This document shows, one piece after another, positions 25,301 to 39,795 of a stretch of 64,000 nt of DNA; position 1 is the stretch's first letter, and each line of letters starts with the position of its first letter. The stretch covers positions 33,404,738 to 33,468,737 of the forward strand of contig JAUZTB010000107.1 of the NCBI GenBank assembly GCA_034780895.1, read 5' to 3'. Below the pieces are notes generated by a model. The model was not told where the DNA came from. It worked only from the letters and a program-made list of their open reading frames with translations, and did not search any database. The DNA is from Rhynchobatus australiae (taxonomy: Eukaryota). The translations under genes were made by a program, and so were the position numbers.

Positions 25301-28300
25301 AGTGGAGAAATGTCTGGTAATATTGAGAGATTTGGTGTATAGAGATTATTCATGCCAGGGTTATAAGTTGGTAATGCCTACTCAAGAGGGGTGAATGAAG
25401 TAAAGGACCTTGTAGGAGATTTGAGTAAATACCTGCCTTATAGGGTACGTACTTGGGTTAGATTGGCGCTGTTGACCTTTGAGTTGCTCAGGCAAGTCTC
25501 CATTCAAACCCGTTCAAGCAGATCTGCTGTAGTATAGAAGCCTGCTTCAGCTTGGATGACGTAGGTGCAGCATTCATTATTAAAAAATTATGGAAACAGT
25601 ATCCAGCACATGATGCATGCTGCTGGATTCTGCTGTGCATGTCTGGGATCCTTGATGCATTAACACATCGGCTAGATGGGGAATTGCATGCAAAAAATAT
25701 TCAACTTGCAATAAGTTCCCAATATTTCAATTACATTAGTTTTCTTTTGTTCTAACTCAATCAGGTCATACACAAAGCCTGTTGGTACATAATANNNNNN
25801 NNNNNNNNNNNNNNNNNNNNNNNNNNNNNNNNNNNNNNNNNNNNNNNNNNNNNNNNNNNNNNNNNNNNNNNNNNNNNNNNNNNNNNNNNNNNNNATTTTC
25901 AAAGCTGTACAGTTTTATTGCAAATTCAAGACAGTAGAAGGTCTTCCTGATTAGCAGTATCCCTGTGACAGAGAATAAAGATTCCACCATACCAGAATTA
26001 AGAGGTTTAATAAAGTAGCAGAAGAACTCCTGTCCTCAAACCAAAAGTAATAATTAGAATTAATATTTGGGTCTAGTGTTCCATGAGTTCCACTTTTGAG
26101 TTTCCTATTGTACCATTTCAGTAAAAGTAGTAGAAGGATTACTTAGTCTCCATTGAATAACAATTCTAAGATCCATAAGTCTGCTCATGGTGATGAATTT
26201 TCTATCCACCTCTCTCTTCATGAGAGGGTCTTAACCTATGGCATCTCCTATAGCCTCAAGTGTTATGTTGGGGAGCACTTTGTGGTGATCCATTGTTCTG
26301 AATTGCAAAAATCAATTTCCTGCTCTAAAATCAAGTCTGTTTTTATTGAGGTGGCTGAATTTTGAGATGCAGGTGCTCTGCAGACATTAAAGGCTCAATT
26401 CACCAATTCAGTGAGGAGCCTCACTGGAAGGATTGCATAGTAGGTGTAGCTTCAGTGTAGCGCAATTTTAAACATCCACACAGTTTGAGCATGGTTTACT
26501 GCTAGATTCATAAATTTATTACTTGAGTTCCTCTCATAATGGGGCTCACTGAACTGCATACATAGTTGAATTCCCAAGCAAAACTGCAAGTAAATATTTA
26601 GTATAAATGCATTATCCATGTCCTGGCAGACCCATGCTAATATTTCCCACCATGATTCCTTTTTGTTTAAAAAAGACATTCCATTTTTTTATACCCTATC
26701 TTTATGTGTTGCTTAAATATACTTTTTCCTGCCACTCACAATTTGTTTCTCCCTACCTCTTGTAATACACAGTAATTCTCCACTGACTTCCAGTACTAAT
26801 TACTTTTTGATGCCTCAAATAAAATAATTTTGCTTAGCCTTTAGGTTATTCTAGACCTTTTCATTCAGTCACTGTTATTTTTCTCCATTTTCTCTTGGGG
26901 ATAGACTTCCTTTCCGCATCCCTTAAATTAATCATTAAAATTCTTCATTTTTCTTCAATTTATTTTCTTGCGCTGCCTCCCACTTGTTCCTTTCTGAAAC
27001 CTGCTTCATAGCTTAAAAGTTTGCTCTCTTAAAGGCTTATACTTCAGCACTGCAGTTTTCATGAAGAAGATCCTAACTGCAGTATAAATTGAAATGTCTA
27101 ATCATCACTGGAATCTGAGTGTTCATCTGCTTCAAGGTTATTAATTATTTCTGGTGTACTGTTAAATATGAAATCAATTTAAAATCTTCCATGCATCAGC
27201 TTCCATGTTGTGTTTTGAATCATTCCTTCTGTGAAACTGCTTCCAGCACTGCCTCTCAGTTGTCCACTTGAATTCTCGGACATGTATCTCATGATAATCA
27301 CATTTCCTGAAGCCGCTCGTTGCTTGAGCAGCCTACTGCTTCTTCACCTTGAGCCAAGTCATTGGCAGTTTCCATTTGCCACACTTCATTGTGCAGTGAA
27401 ATTTGAAATGCAGAACACTCAGCATTCCCTGTATCTCAAGTTAAGTTACCAATGAATACACTTTGAGGTCCTAGTACATGGAACCTGAAGCAAGGCTGAC
27501 AAACTGATTATAGCTGTTGGAGTTTAAAAGGGCCATTATGCTGATATCAGTACCTGATAGGTAAGATAAAACCAATTAGTCAAAAGTAGGGGTTGGTAAC
27601 TTTTTCATTCAAATTTACCTTTCACCGCCAGCAACCCACCATCGATGCCCTCACCTCCCTGCTCCCACTTCAGCCTTGCAAGACTACATTTCTGCTTTCT
27701 TCTTTCTTGCTCTGAAGAATTGATAGTCTGACTGTTGTTTTCTGGTATCTAAAGCCAAGCCTGTTGAGTGACAGTGGCACATGCAACCAATGGTTTATCA
27801 CAGTTAGACCTCACTCAAAATGTATGTAGAGTACCACAAGAATAATGGCTTCTAAAAATCCTTTGTTGACTTTAACCCCTCTAGAAGCTGCTTAATGCTG
27901 ACACTGCCACCCAATTCTATTCCCTCTCTGTGGAGCAAAGAAAAAGCTCTCCGACTGAAATATTGCTGGATTGCAGAGGGTAATTTAAGAATGGTTTTGA
28001 CAGAACGCTGGGAACAGTTTGCCCACCAGTCCAATGAGCAAAAGAGATCCTGTCCTTCATCAATGTGTATGGAGAGATGGATGAGTCTTATGATAGCTCC
28101 CTATTAGAATGTAGCCAAACATCACTAAGGTGGCAAACTTCAGTAGCCTGGACCCGTTGACAAAGAGGGACTTAAGGATTAATGAAGGATATTAATTTCA
28201 GTTAGGTANNNNNNNNNNNNNNNNNNNNNNNNNNNNNNNNNNNNNNNNNNNNNNNNNNNNNNNNNNNNNNNNNNNNNNNNNNNNNNNNNNNNNNNNNNNN

Positions 28301-28394
28301 NNNNNNNNNNNNNNNNNNNNNNNNNNNNNNNNNNNNNNNNNNNNNNNNNNNNTTATGTCTATAAAGGAGAGTTGCTTTGACATGGAAAGATAGA

Positions 28395-28630
28395 ATTTGC
28401 ATTTTTATTGAATATTGTGAAATCTTCTAAACATTCCAAAGAACTTTAAAGGCAATTGGTTGAGTTTTGAAGCTGCAGCCAATTATGTAGCAAACACTTC
28501 ACAGACATCAAGGAACCACACACAGAAAATCCATGATAAATCAGACCATCTATTTCTGGTAGACTGCTTATCCAATAAGGACTTGTTCCTCTTCCAATAC
28601 AGCCATTGGATCTTTAACATCCTCCTGAGT
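28395..28630 (-). mobile_element. Highly decayed Deu-domain SINE
   Basis: ccaaagaactttaaaggcaat...ttttgaagctgcagcc...gccattggatctttaacatcctcctgag. Confidence 0.45.
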
Positions 28631-29704
28631 TGAGTCGAGTAGGATGTGGTGGAGCAGGGAGGAGGGTGTTGGGAGTGAACTTACAATCATATTCAAAATT
28701 AGGACTGAAGATGATGAATGATGAGGAAATTGATGGTAATGGATGAATACAGAGGGTTGAATATGTTCTTAAAGAAAAGTTGTAATGAAAGAAAGCTAGT
28801 CAAATCAAGAAATTGACTTGGAAACATACAGAGCAGAAATTAGTCCTGGACAGTAGCACAGAACAAGTAGGATTGCCAAGGCCACCTCTTACATGCAGCC
28901 TTCTGAAAGCATGGGAATCTCCTGCAATTAAATGTGGTGAAAGAAGTTAGTGAGGTTAACATTATTCAGGTTTTCAACCAAAGAAAATACCCAAACTCAT
29001 GCATTTGGATGAATTTATAAGTTNNNNNNNNNNNNNNNNNNNNNNNNNNNNNNNNNNNNNNNNNNNNNNNNNNNNNNNNNNNNNNNNNNNNNNNNNNNNN
29101 NNNNNNNNNNNTATAAGTTTTGAAAAATATAGAGTATTTTGGAGGTATCTAATGCATCCCAACTTAAAGATCGTGGTTTATTTACTTTTTCAAAAAATAC
29201 TGCCATATTCTGCAAAGCAACCGGTTTGGAACAGTGACAGTCTGGCGGGTGGGTGTCGTGGATTTTGCCAGGCATTTGAGAAGCTGTGGGAGTGCACGGG
29301 ACTGTGCTTGTTTAATTTTAGACAAAGACAAATAACTGAGTTTTGTCAAAGGTAGTAGATAGCAGACACCGTCTTCACTGTATTGTGTCTTTTGCAGTCA
29401 GTCTTCAGACCATTCCTGTTTTGCAACATGAGTCCATTTTTTTCATATCTGTTGATTTTATGATGTAGTGGCTGCTTTGACTAACAGCTCAGATCAATGG
29501 CTAGATGAATCCAATTTGCCAACAGTGTTTATCAGTTTAGTCTTCTGTCTACAGCCTACTCATCTGCATGTTGCTTAGCACACACCCTAAGGCAGTTGCT
29601 CCCCTAAGATTCCTTCATCTGAATAGTTTGCTTCTTTATTAATTGTACCCATCCATCAGATCTTATGATCCCCATTCCCTGTATTAATTTAAAGATATAA
29701 GCAT

Positions 29705-29732
29705 GTGTGTGTGTGTCTGTGTGTGTTTGTGT
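29705..29732. repeat. Imperfect (TG)n microsatellite
   Basis: tgtgtgtgtgtgtctgtgtgtgtttgtgt seen directly. Confidence 0.9.
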
Positions 29733-32499
29733 CTAATGGAGAGATCTGCAAAATAAGCTGATCAAGTATACCGATGCTGATGGCTAAGACTGAAATTAGG
29801 CATCTAGCTCCTCCATTCAATTAATACCTAATCAACCTGACACACAGAATCTGCAGTAGCAACTCTCACTGTAATGTAATGGGCAAACTCCCATTACAAA
29901 ATATAAATTAAAGGTACAAATCTAAATCATTCGTTCTAATGTTGCAATAATAAATTAGAAAATCTAATTACAGTTAGTACACTGAGATGGGAATTTAAAA
30001 TAAGTACAGTAAACTTTGCTCTGCTTTAATGATGCATCAAAGTATAGTACAGCATCAGTCTTTTCAACAAAGGTGCCTAGTGCAAGTTTAAATTATGTGT
30101 CCTGTATTGCAGCACTGCCCTCAAAATATCCTCTGCACTGAGCCTAACATATTTTAATCAGCCATCCTGATTTCTTAAGTAAATTAGATTTATTGCAATA
30201 TATTGGGGAATGTAACTCTGCTCATCAAGTGAAATCTTGCTGATTTTTCAAGGAAGTGAAACTAAAGATCAAGCTGGCTACACACTTGCCATTATTTGCT
30301 CATGGTCCAATATCTTTGTGACTGATTGCTGATCTCTCCACTCACTTCTGTGTAATACCCAGTAATTGCTCACCTTTTCTGTGGGTGTAGAATTTGAGAC
30401 ATGAGGGGCAACTAGAGAGGGAAACAAAACAAATAAAATAAGGAGAAAGAAAAATAAAATATGCACAATATAGAAAGATGACAGCAAAGAACTGCTAACT
30501 ATTCTATGTATTGCAATGAGTACATTATAATCACTGAATGCTCAAGATGAGTGTCAAAGCACATCATTGTGGTCTACATTGACATATAAAGTGACAACCG
30601 CTGACCTAATGTCAAATGCACTTCTCTGTAAGTCTCACAATATATCATAAAAAAAATCAGTGAAATTACCACAAGAATGGGAATCTCAGATTGACACTTG
30701 GAGGAAGAATGTGTAATTCAATTAATTGGATGGATATCTATTCAAAACATTAAATATTGCAATTTGAAATTTAAATTGCATTTATTTTGCCATCTAACAT
30801 GATCAGAAAAACCACAAGGAATATATCAGACATCCTTTAATAGGATTTATGCCAAATAAATTCTGCAAATAAAGATATTCAAACATTTATTATAAAATTA
30901 ATAAAATGGTAAGACTGAAAGTATTAGAATTTAAGATGTTTTTAGTGTAAGCATCATAATGCAGGTTTCCGTAGTAAAAAGTTCTACCCACAAAAGAAGA
31001 GATTTTTCTTACAACCTAAAATCCCCATTCTCACCATATCATCAACACTCATTTTTTTGGATGACATTAAAGGATGTCAGTGCTCATTATCATTTAACTG
31101 TCTGCAGAAAATGTAGAATTCTTAAATCCCAGGTGGAAGTATATACTGTTGGAATGCTGTATTTGGAGTATAATGAACAAAGCATTCAAAACCTGGACCT
31201 GATCTAATATATATTGCATCTGCATTCTCTTTTGGTTGGTATTTTTTTCAACACAATCCACAATGCAATATTCAATGGTGATTTATAAAAGAAGGTAAAC
31301 CAATAGCTGAGATTATGAGAAAGATTTAAAGATAATAGCTTCCTTCCATGCGTAGGTGTTTATAGTGGCTATTAAGGTGGCCTCCATTATTGTAATATAT
31401 ATTGTGCAAGTTTGATTGGAGGATAAAGAATTTGCAGTGAACCCAAATAAAATTATTCATATTTCAAGTGCTGCTTTATTATGTTTAATTAAACTTATTA
31501 AAGTCAGCTGGATGAGTTGAATTAAAGGTATTTCAGACTTTAGAAATATGTATTATGATAAATATATTAATAGCTGGTGCCTTTCCATCCATCCAATTAA
31601 TTGAANNNNNNNNNNNNNNNNNNNNNNNNNNNNNNNNNNNNNNNNNNNNNNNNNNNNNNNNNNNNNNNNNNNNNNNNNNNNNNNNNNNNNNNNNNNNNNN
31701 NNNNNCCAATTAATTGAATTTCACAGTTTTTAAGTAATGCATTGCTATTTATAAAGGCTATAGAGTAAGTGGTGAGAGAACTTAGCTGTTAATTTTCCTG
31801 ATGTTAGTACTATATTAAATTAATATATGTATATATGATATAATTCTGTACATAAATACAATGTTTATGTGGACATATAACTCTACCATGAAGGGCCTTG
31901 GGACATGTTGCTATGCTAAATATGATATATAATATGTTCACTTTTTAATTGTTGATGAAGCGATGTTTTCCAAATGATCGTTGGGACAAAGATTTCATCT
32001 TGGTTGCCTGTGTAAACCATTCAATACAATAGCATACATGGTGTGTACTCTGTTTCTGTAATTCATTTCCATTCAAGCATTCATTATAATGTATTTATCC
32101 CATGTGACCATGAAATGAGTAATATTCCTTTATATCATATATTTATCAACTTACTCTTTAGTTGTACCCTACATGTATTATTATTAAAATATCTAAATTA
32201 ATATATTACATTATTTATGTCATCTTAATGAACAAAATTTGGTGCTTTGGATGAACTTATAAATTTTGAAAAATGGAGATTATTTTGGAGGTNNNNNNNN
32301 NNNNNNNNNNNNNNNNNNNNNNNNNNNNNNNNNNNNNNNNNNNNNNNNNNNNNNNNNNNNNNNNNNNNNNNNNNNNNNNNNNNNNNNNNNNNCTAATCTA
32401 TGATATTAAATACTGAATTTTATAAAGTGAATGAAATCTGTAATCTTAAATGGGCAGCATACATCAAAAGCTTAAATCTCGGAAATATACAATTAATTA

Positions 32500-33595
32500 T
32501 AAGAAGTTAAGAATATAAAATACAAGAATAGACTCTTGGCCCTCAAGAATGTTTTGCAATTCAGTAAGATCATGGCTGATCTGCCTCAACATATTCCTTA
32601 CCTACCCCTTTATATCCCTTAGTTTTTCTAATATCCAGAAATCTATTAATCTTGGTTTTGAATCCACAGCATTCCAGGGTAGAGAAGTCCAAAGATTCAC
32701 CAGTTTCTTCTCCTTTCAGCTCTAAAAGCCTATCCCTAATTTTGAGACTGATCCAGAGTCCTAGACTGCCTAACCATCCAACCCTTAAGCCCTCTATGTA
32801 TTTTGTATGTCTCAGTGAGGTCACGTTGCATTCTTCTAAACTCTACAGAAATATAGTCCAAGCTAACTCAATTTCTCCTTGTATGCTGGAAGCACCCCAA
32901 TGAATCTTTACTGAACTCCTTTTATAACAGGTACATTTTTCTTAGGGTAAGGAGACCCAAATGGTACACATTATTGCAGGTGTAATCTTACCAAGACTCT
33001 AAATAGTTGTAGTAAGACCTCTCTCTTGTACTCAATCACTCTTGCAATGAAGGATGATGTACATTTTCCTTTCTAATTGCCTTCTGCACTTGCATGTTTG
33101 CTGCCAGTGATGAGTGTGCATGGACACCCAGATCCGTTGTGTAACAACATTTCCCAATCTCTCACCATTTAAAAAAAAATGACTAACCTCCCATTTTTTT
33201 CCATATTGTACTCCACCTGCCATGTTGTCCACTAACTCAGCTTATCTATATTCCCTTGAAGCCTCTTTGCATCCTCATCACCAATCACATTCCCACTTAT
33301 TTTCATGTTGTTTAAAATTTGATATGCTACATTTGGTGCCCTCAGCCAATCATCATTATAAATTCTAAATACTGTAGCTGGGGCCGAAGCAACCATTCCT
33401 GCAGTTCCACAGTAGTCACAGCCTGGCAATCTGACAAGTAGCCATTTACTCCTACTATTTGTTTCCAACTCTCAGTACATGCTGATACATTCTCCCCATT
33501 CCATATGCTCTGATCTTGTTCACCAATGTCTCGACAGTCTGTACGGAACCCCACTGAAAGCCTTCTGAAAATCCAAATCCACCATATGTACCACA
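32500..33595 (-). mobile_element. Decayed CR1 LINE (RT to 3' UTR)
   Basis: ORFs give DEDAKRLQGNIDKLS, FFLNGERLGNVVTQR and FKTKINRFLD; 3' UTR at about 32500-32590. Confidence 0.85.
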
Positions 33596-35004
33596 AATTA
33601 TATTTCTTTTGTTCCCTGTTTGCACTTCATTTTCTTGTTTTATTTTCTCTACGTGTGAAATAATAATTATTTGCTACAGGCAGAATTAAAGGCTATAATT
33701 CACTGAAGGATTATGGTATCACAAATCACAGTCGTTTATAAACATCAGTAGGACATAATACTAAATTACAGTCTTTATTGGAACGATATTCTTTAACTTG
33801 ACGTTGTTATTGACAGGATCACCAATGGTGGCAGGATCCCCAATATTGTAATTTTACGTCTCTCAAACTGCCAAAAATATCTTTTAAAAACAAAGACTGT
33901 TTAGGGCTCTTTTAAATGGAGATGGCTGATCAGATTAGAGTTGGTATTCTCACCCTCTTGCAACTGACTCTGTGACATATGGCACCTGATTAAATTTATT
34001 GTTGCATCCGTCATTCCAGCTAATTTGGAGATTTGATACAATGAGGTAGAGCTTACTGAACTGAAGGGACAATTTTCCAGTCCTAGCAATTATAAAAAAT
34101 TTTAAACCCTATTTCTCCTGAGGATAGCTTTTTTAATGAAAGTCCCATAGAACAACCAAATAAAACAATGCATTGTTTTAACTTTGATAGAGTGAATTAT
34201 TTGTTCTTGTGTTCAGCAGGACTTGGTTTCATCTAATTGTCCTTACGGTACATATCCGTGGTTTAAACTAGATGTTATCAAAGGCAGAAAATATATCTTG
34301 AAGCAACCATAAAATTGCACTTATACACCTTGAAAAATATTTTTGAATTTAACACAGCTAGTGATATAAAATTGTTCCTATTCTTTTAAATGTGCTTAAA
34401 TCATATCATTACATGTTATCATAGAATTATTTATTTTGATTTATTGTCAAAAGGCAACAATGAAGCTAATGTCGATCTTGGTTATTAATGTGCACAGGTG
34501 AATAGCAGTTGTGCATTAAATCCAAAATTCTGGAAATAGGTATCCCAGATGTGCTGCCATCCATNNNNNNNNNNNNNNNNNNNNNNNNNNNNNNNNNNNN
34601 NNNNNNNNNNNNNNNNNNNNTCCGGGACTCGCATGGTAGCTGCAGACTAAACAAGCTTCAGGAGGTTAGGGCTTATCCATTCTTTCTGGTGTAATAAGTC
34701 TTCATTACTGTAAAACAAACTCTCTGGCAATGAGGTTTTAAAAACTTTACAAAGGTTAAAATCTCATTCCTTCGGCTTTTACTTGCTGTTGGAGAGTTGT
34801 TTTCAAGTCTTTTTACTCTGTATCTACCTTTTCTGTCCCTAATTTATTATGTTTTCTGTAACAGTTCTGAAATTGAATTCAATATACTAGCAGACATTTT
34901 CTGATTCAAGCTCTGCATTCAAGAATTCCTTCAGATTCTGAAAAGTTTACTGTTAAAATTAAATTGCTGTTAGCCTCTGGCCTTAGTTGCACCAATACCA
35001 GATG

Positions 35005-35172
35005 AAAAAAACTTTCTCTGTAACTGTAACACAATATTCTGCAATCTATTATTGCTTTTCCCTTGTACTACCTCAAAGTACTTATGTTTTGAAATGATCT
35101 GTATGGATGGCTTGCAAAACTAAGTTTTTCATTGTATCTTGGTACATGTGACAATAGTATACCAATACCAAC
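35005..35172 (+). mobile_element. Rex1-type 3' tail element
   Basis: Similar to 15560-15720: ctgtaactgtaacac...gtactacctc...gatctgtatggatgg...gtttttcattgtatcttggtacatgtgacaat. Confidence 0.65.
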
Positions 35173-38100
35173 TCTCAAAGTGAAATCACAAGTTTGAAGC
35201 CCACAGCACCTCTGAGTTTACATCTGATCAGTGGAGGAAATATACTATTAGCATCCTGCTTATATAGTCTCCAGATACCCTGGTGATGTTGCTGCCATTT
35301 GGATCACCAATTACAGAAAATTGTAGTGCAATAGGTTATTGAAATTAAATAAGGATATGGCTAACGAAATGAGAGTACCATTTGTTTGTCAGCTACAGTA
35401 TGGTAAGACCCAATATATTCTGTAGCACCTTGAAATATTTGTATTTGTTTATGACATAAATTGTTTCCTTAGCCAATTACAATACACAAGATCATACAAG
35501 TCATTTTGAATTATTTTCTGCTCCTTTGTTCTTCTCTCCCCCCCCCCCCCCCAAANNNNNNNNNNNNNNNNNNNNNNNNNNNNNNNNNNNNNNNNNNNNN
35601 NNNNNNNNNNNNNNNNNNNNNNNNNNNNNNNNNNNNNNNNNNNNNNNNNNNNNNNCCCCCCCCCCCCCCAATTCTGCAATCTTTCATACCAAGCACCCAA
35701 AGTGAACTCCATCAATGGAATTGCCAGCAGATAACAGTTCCAGTGCAGGGGGTTGTGGGGGTGGGGGGTGCTGAACAAGGCAGCTTTATGATCTCCCACT
35801 CCTGGCCCTACAGGGAACTTGTCTATTGGGGTCAAGCAAATTTCAATGCCAAAGGGCCATGGGGCTCAAACTGTGACTTCATATTGTGGAATTTTCATCA
35901 GGCACTAGTTCTACCAAGGCCAGAGCACAACACAATTTAATTTTAATAGTAAACTTCCCGGAATGTGAGGGAATCTTTTTCAAATGACAAATTAGCATTT
36001 GTCCATTTAATTAAAGAAATCAAAAGCTGTTAATAATGAACAGAGATTGCTTCATATTATTAATATTTTACATTGTCAGCTCTGCACATTGGACTTCTCT
36101 GTTGAATTGTAGAAATTTATATAAAAGGTGCAGAAATCTGCAGTTCTTGCAAACAAAGTGTTTTGAAAATGTAAAAGTACATAATAAATATTGTATACTT
36201 TGAATTAAGCAGCTTGTCAAGCTTCATTAAGAGGGAATATTTGATGATGCATAAATATGAATGCCACTCGGCTGATAAGACTGTGTCAGTTGCTTAACAA
36301 TGGTATGGTATAAAGTATAATTAAAAAGCTGCAGTATAAATGTAATGAACTGTGTGTAAACTATGGAGGAGGGGGCGTTATGGCATTACATTGTTATACC
36401 ATTTCATTTCATACCATAAAACTGTAAGTGGAAATTAAATGCTGGCTCAAGAGCATTCCTTGGAGGTTAGAACATTAGCTGAGACAATCTCCGGAATAAA
36501 GAATCTTCTGTATCAGCTACGATCTTTGTATATCTTCAGACCATATTTTTGTCAAAGGCAGTGGCTAAATTAATCATACTCGAAGTTCATTTCAATTTAC
36601 CAACAAATAACTATGGGTTTAAGTCATTTGTTTTTTTTTTGAAAATTGAAAAGGAATGTGAGTTTCTTTGTTGTAATTTTTCAGCTGCTGAGACAGAAAC
36701 AACCTTTTATACAAGTAAACTGTGGAAAAAAAATTCTTATGGGACACGAGAGCCTTGACATAAATGCCAGAGAGTAATGAAAGCTATTCATACAAGCACT
36801 GAAAGGTTGGGCATTTTAGAGCCTACTACAGCATTACTATGAATTGTGTACATTACCAGTGAACATTGAGCATTCCAATGTGTGTCTGTTTAACATCTTC
36901 CACAAAAGTTCAATCATAGCCCAATCTGTGTGGATAGGCATTTAAATTATACTTAACAGGGATTTACTTAGCTAATCAATAAAAATGNNNNNNNATAATT
37001 TGTGCTGCCATTTTTCATTGGGATTGTGGTACTATATAATTTTCCTAATGGTTATGCTTTGCCCATGAGACAAATGTGTATGATTTGTTTGGCAATAGTT
37101 TGCCACTGAGCAAAGATCCTATACATATCAGTAATTCAGTAATGCAGCATTTGCAATTACATTGCATTTCCTGGCACTTATTTATGAATCCAGGTTCTGT
37201 TTATGGAGTTTCTGTAATGATTTTATGTATTGATGTACCAGTGAAAATGAACTTAAAAAATGATTTCATCCAAATTAATGATAAAATTGTTTCATTACGA
37301 AAGTAAAGGCAAAGGTTGTAAACCCTATTAATACTGTGTTATTTATAGCTCATTTAAGTGAAAGAAATAATCCCACCAATATTTTTATTCTTAAAACCGT
37401 TGGCAGATATGCTGAGAAACAGATTTATAAAATCACTTATCGCAGAGCCCAGTAAATGCTTTAAACAGAATTAATTTAACAGGACCCAGAGAGTCCGAAT
37501 CCTGTTTTGAATTCTTCTTCATTAAGTTTTATTTTCTTGAGGCTAGATGGAAATTTGTAAAAGGCCAAGTATGGATCTGGAACAAAATTCCAGTTTATAT
37601 TCTTGAGTGGGAATGGAGCTTTTGTATGGTTTCACCAAGAAGAGGTGACCTAAAGCAAAAGAAAATCGGGTGGAGTGCAACTGTTTTGTATTTGTGTTTT
37701 CTGTTGATTTGCTTAATAAACGAAGGCAGCAAATTCTTCCTGCATTTTAAGAGAACCAGTTTAACTATTCAGATTGCAATTATAGTCCCCTTCCCAGAAC
37801 ACACTGCAGAAAAGTGTAGGGGCAAAACAGCCCAGTTAGATTGTTACATGAGCCAAGGTGAATATTTTCAAAAAGTGCACAAGATTCAAAACCAAATTTA
37901 ATCTTCNNNNCTCCTGTAAATGATAGATTTGACCTTTTAATCTGATTGATTAGAAAATATGAAACAGGAATACTACAATTCTTCCAAGGCCCATAGTATT
38001 AAACCCAATACTATTTTCTAATCTTGGCTACGTTTGGTGGATGATTGGCATCGAGCCAGGATCCACTTTGGAAGCACTGGTCATCACTGCAAATTAGCTG

Positions 38101-39564
38101 TCATTAATCTATTCCTTTGTCAAGTTTTTTTTTTGGAGGTTATGGAAGGAAGCCACTGCATGTTCCACCGGGCAATTGCAGAATCATCTTGAGTGTGATA
38201 AATGTACCAGGTGCTTAACATGTGCTAGTTGACATTAGTAGTATTGCAACATTTTCAAAGCTGCTGCAGTTCCAGATTTTCCACCCTGTCATCAGCTCAG
38301 ATAAAATGGATTACCAAACATTAGTTGATAAAACCAAGTACTGAAACTGGATATAATAAGCAAGGCTGTTGATTATTAAAATATTGTTATTGTACCCTCT
38401 AATGTAATATAATGACTAGGTGCATCAGAGTGAGCCAGAAACTCAAGAAGGAATTAAATATGTGAGGACAGAAACATTCCCTGTTAATGTGGACACTCTG
38501 GTACTGCAACAGCAAACAAAGTGGAACTGGAGAAAGAGAAATCTTCAGAGCAAGTACAGACGGACTAACCACTTGGCCTTGACAGAGTCTAGTTCACTCT
38601 CAGAAGAGACATCACCTTTGGCATCTGTCACATTCTGAATGCTGGTCTGCAATTATCCTCACTAGTTTCGACTTCATTACCTGCAGATGTGTGAAGGTAA
38701 CTACAGCTATGAATTTCTATGTTGCAGCCTGCTTCTAATTGTGAGAGAGTGATTACATTGCCAATTCAGTCAACAGTCCAGTGGTTTATTCCACAGGTTG
38801 GCTTTAAGTTTAGCCAAGATCTAGGGGACAATGGCGTACTCTAAGAGAATATTAAAGAAAATGCAAACCAGCTCATTGCAACCCATTTTAGAGGTACAGC
38901 ATTCAAATGAATTTTAAAATACATATAGGTTCAATTCCCTCTAATAGTGAATTGGTTAATACATTCATGACAAGTTCTTCAGTCTAAATATTTTGGCTTT
39001 CTTGGTCTCCTCTAATTTTTGTAGCCAATTATCCCTAATAGTTTTCACCTAGAGCCATACAGTGCTAATTGACTTGTAGGTCCCAGGCCATATAAAGATC
39101 CCCATGTGCCCCATCAGAGTGGCACATTCATCTGAGACACCAGACTGTAGGGATGCTCTGGCTCGATGATGGCTGTAGATTCAAATATTAGGCACTTCTT
39201 TTCAATTTACTAATACCTGCAGATTATTGTTACATTGACACAAAACCTTGAGACTAAGTATTTGGATAAAGCATGTCCCTTGTATTTAGCATCATAAATG
39301 CCCACTAGTTAACATCCAGACCAGTATCCGGGTTCTGACCAGCTAAGCTTGAGGAAGAAATCTGCCTAGAAACTCCTGATTGGTAGCATGAAACACGATA
39401 CTTGAGAACCTTATCACCTTGTACACTACCTCCAAAATTCATTCCCTTGATGGGCATGATGTAGATTCATAGAACTATAAGCTGGGAATGAGTTTCAAAG
39501 CATCTCAACATGTGTCATGTATTGAATGCAGATTTTTAACTGTCTTTCATTTCTAACAACAACA

Positions 39565-39795
39565 TTACATCCGGATGAGGAAAGATTATTTATGTAGTGA
39601 ATTATTAAGATATGGACTGCATTGGCTAATAGTGGAAACAAGTTTCATCATAACTTTTCAAAGAGTTTGAGAAACAGTTGAAAAGGAAACAATTGCAGGC
39701 AGGGCTGTTGGGGAAGGAGCAGAAGAGAGTGGCTCATTGAGCAGGAGTCAGGGAACTAGGCCAAGTGGAAACTTTCTGTGCGGTATGATTCTATA
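39565..39795 (+). mobile_element. Old CR1 3' end
   Basis: aacttttcaaagagtttgagaaacagttgaaaaggaaacaattgcagg...ggggaaggagcag...ttctgtgcggtatgattctat. Confidence 0.6.
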
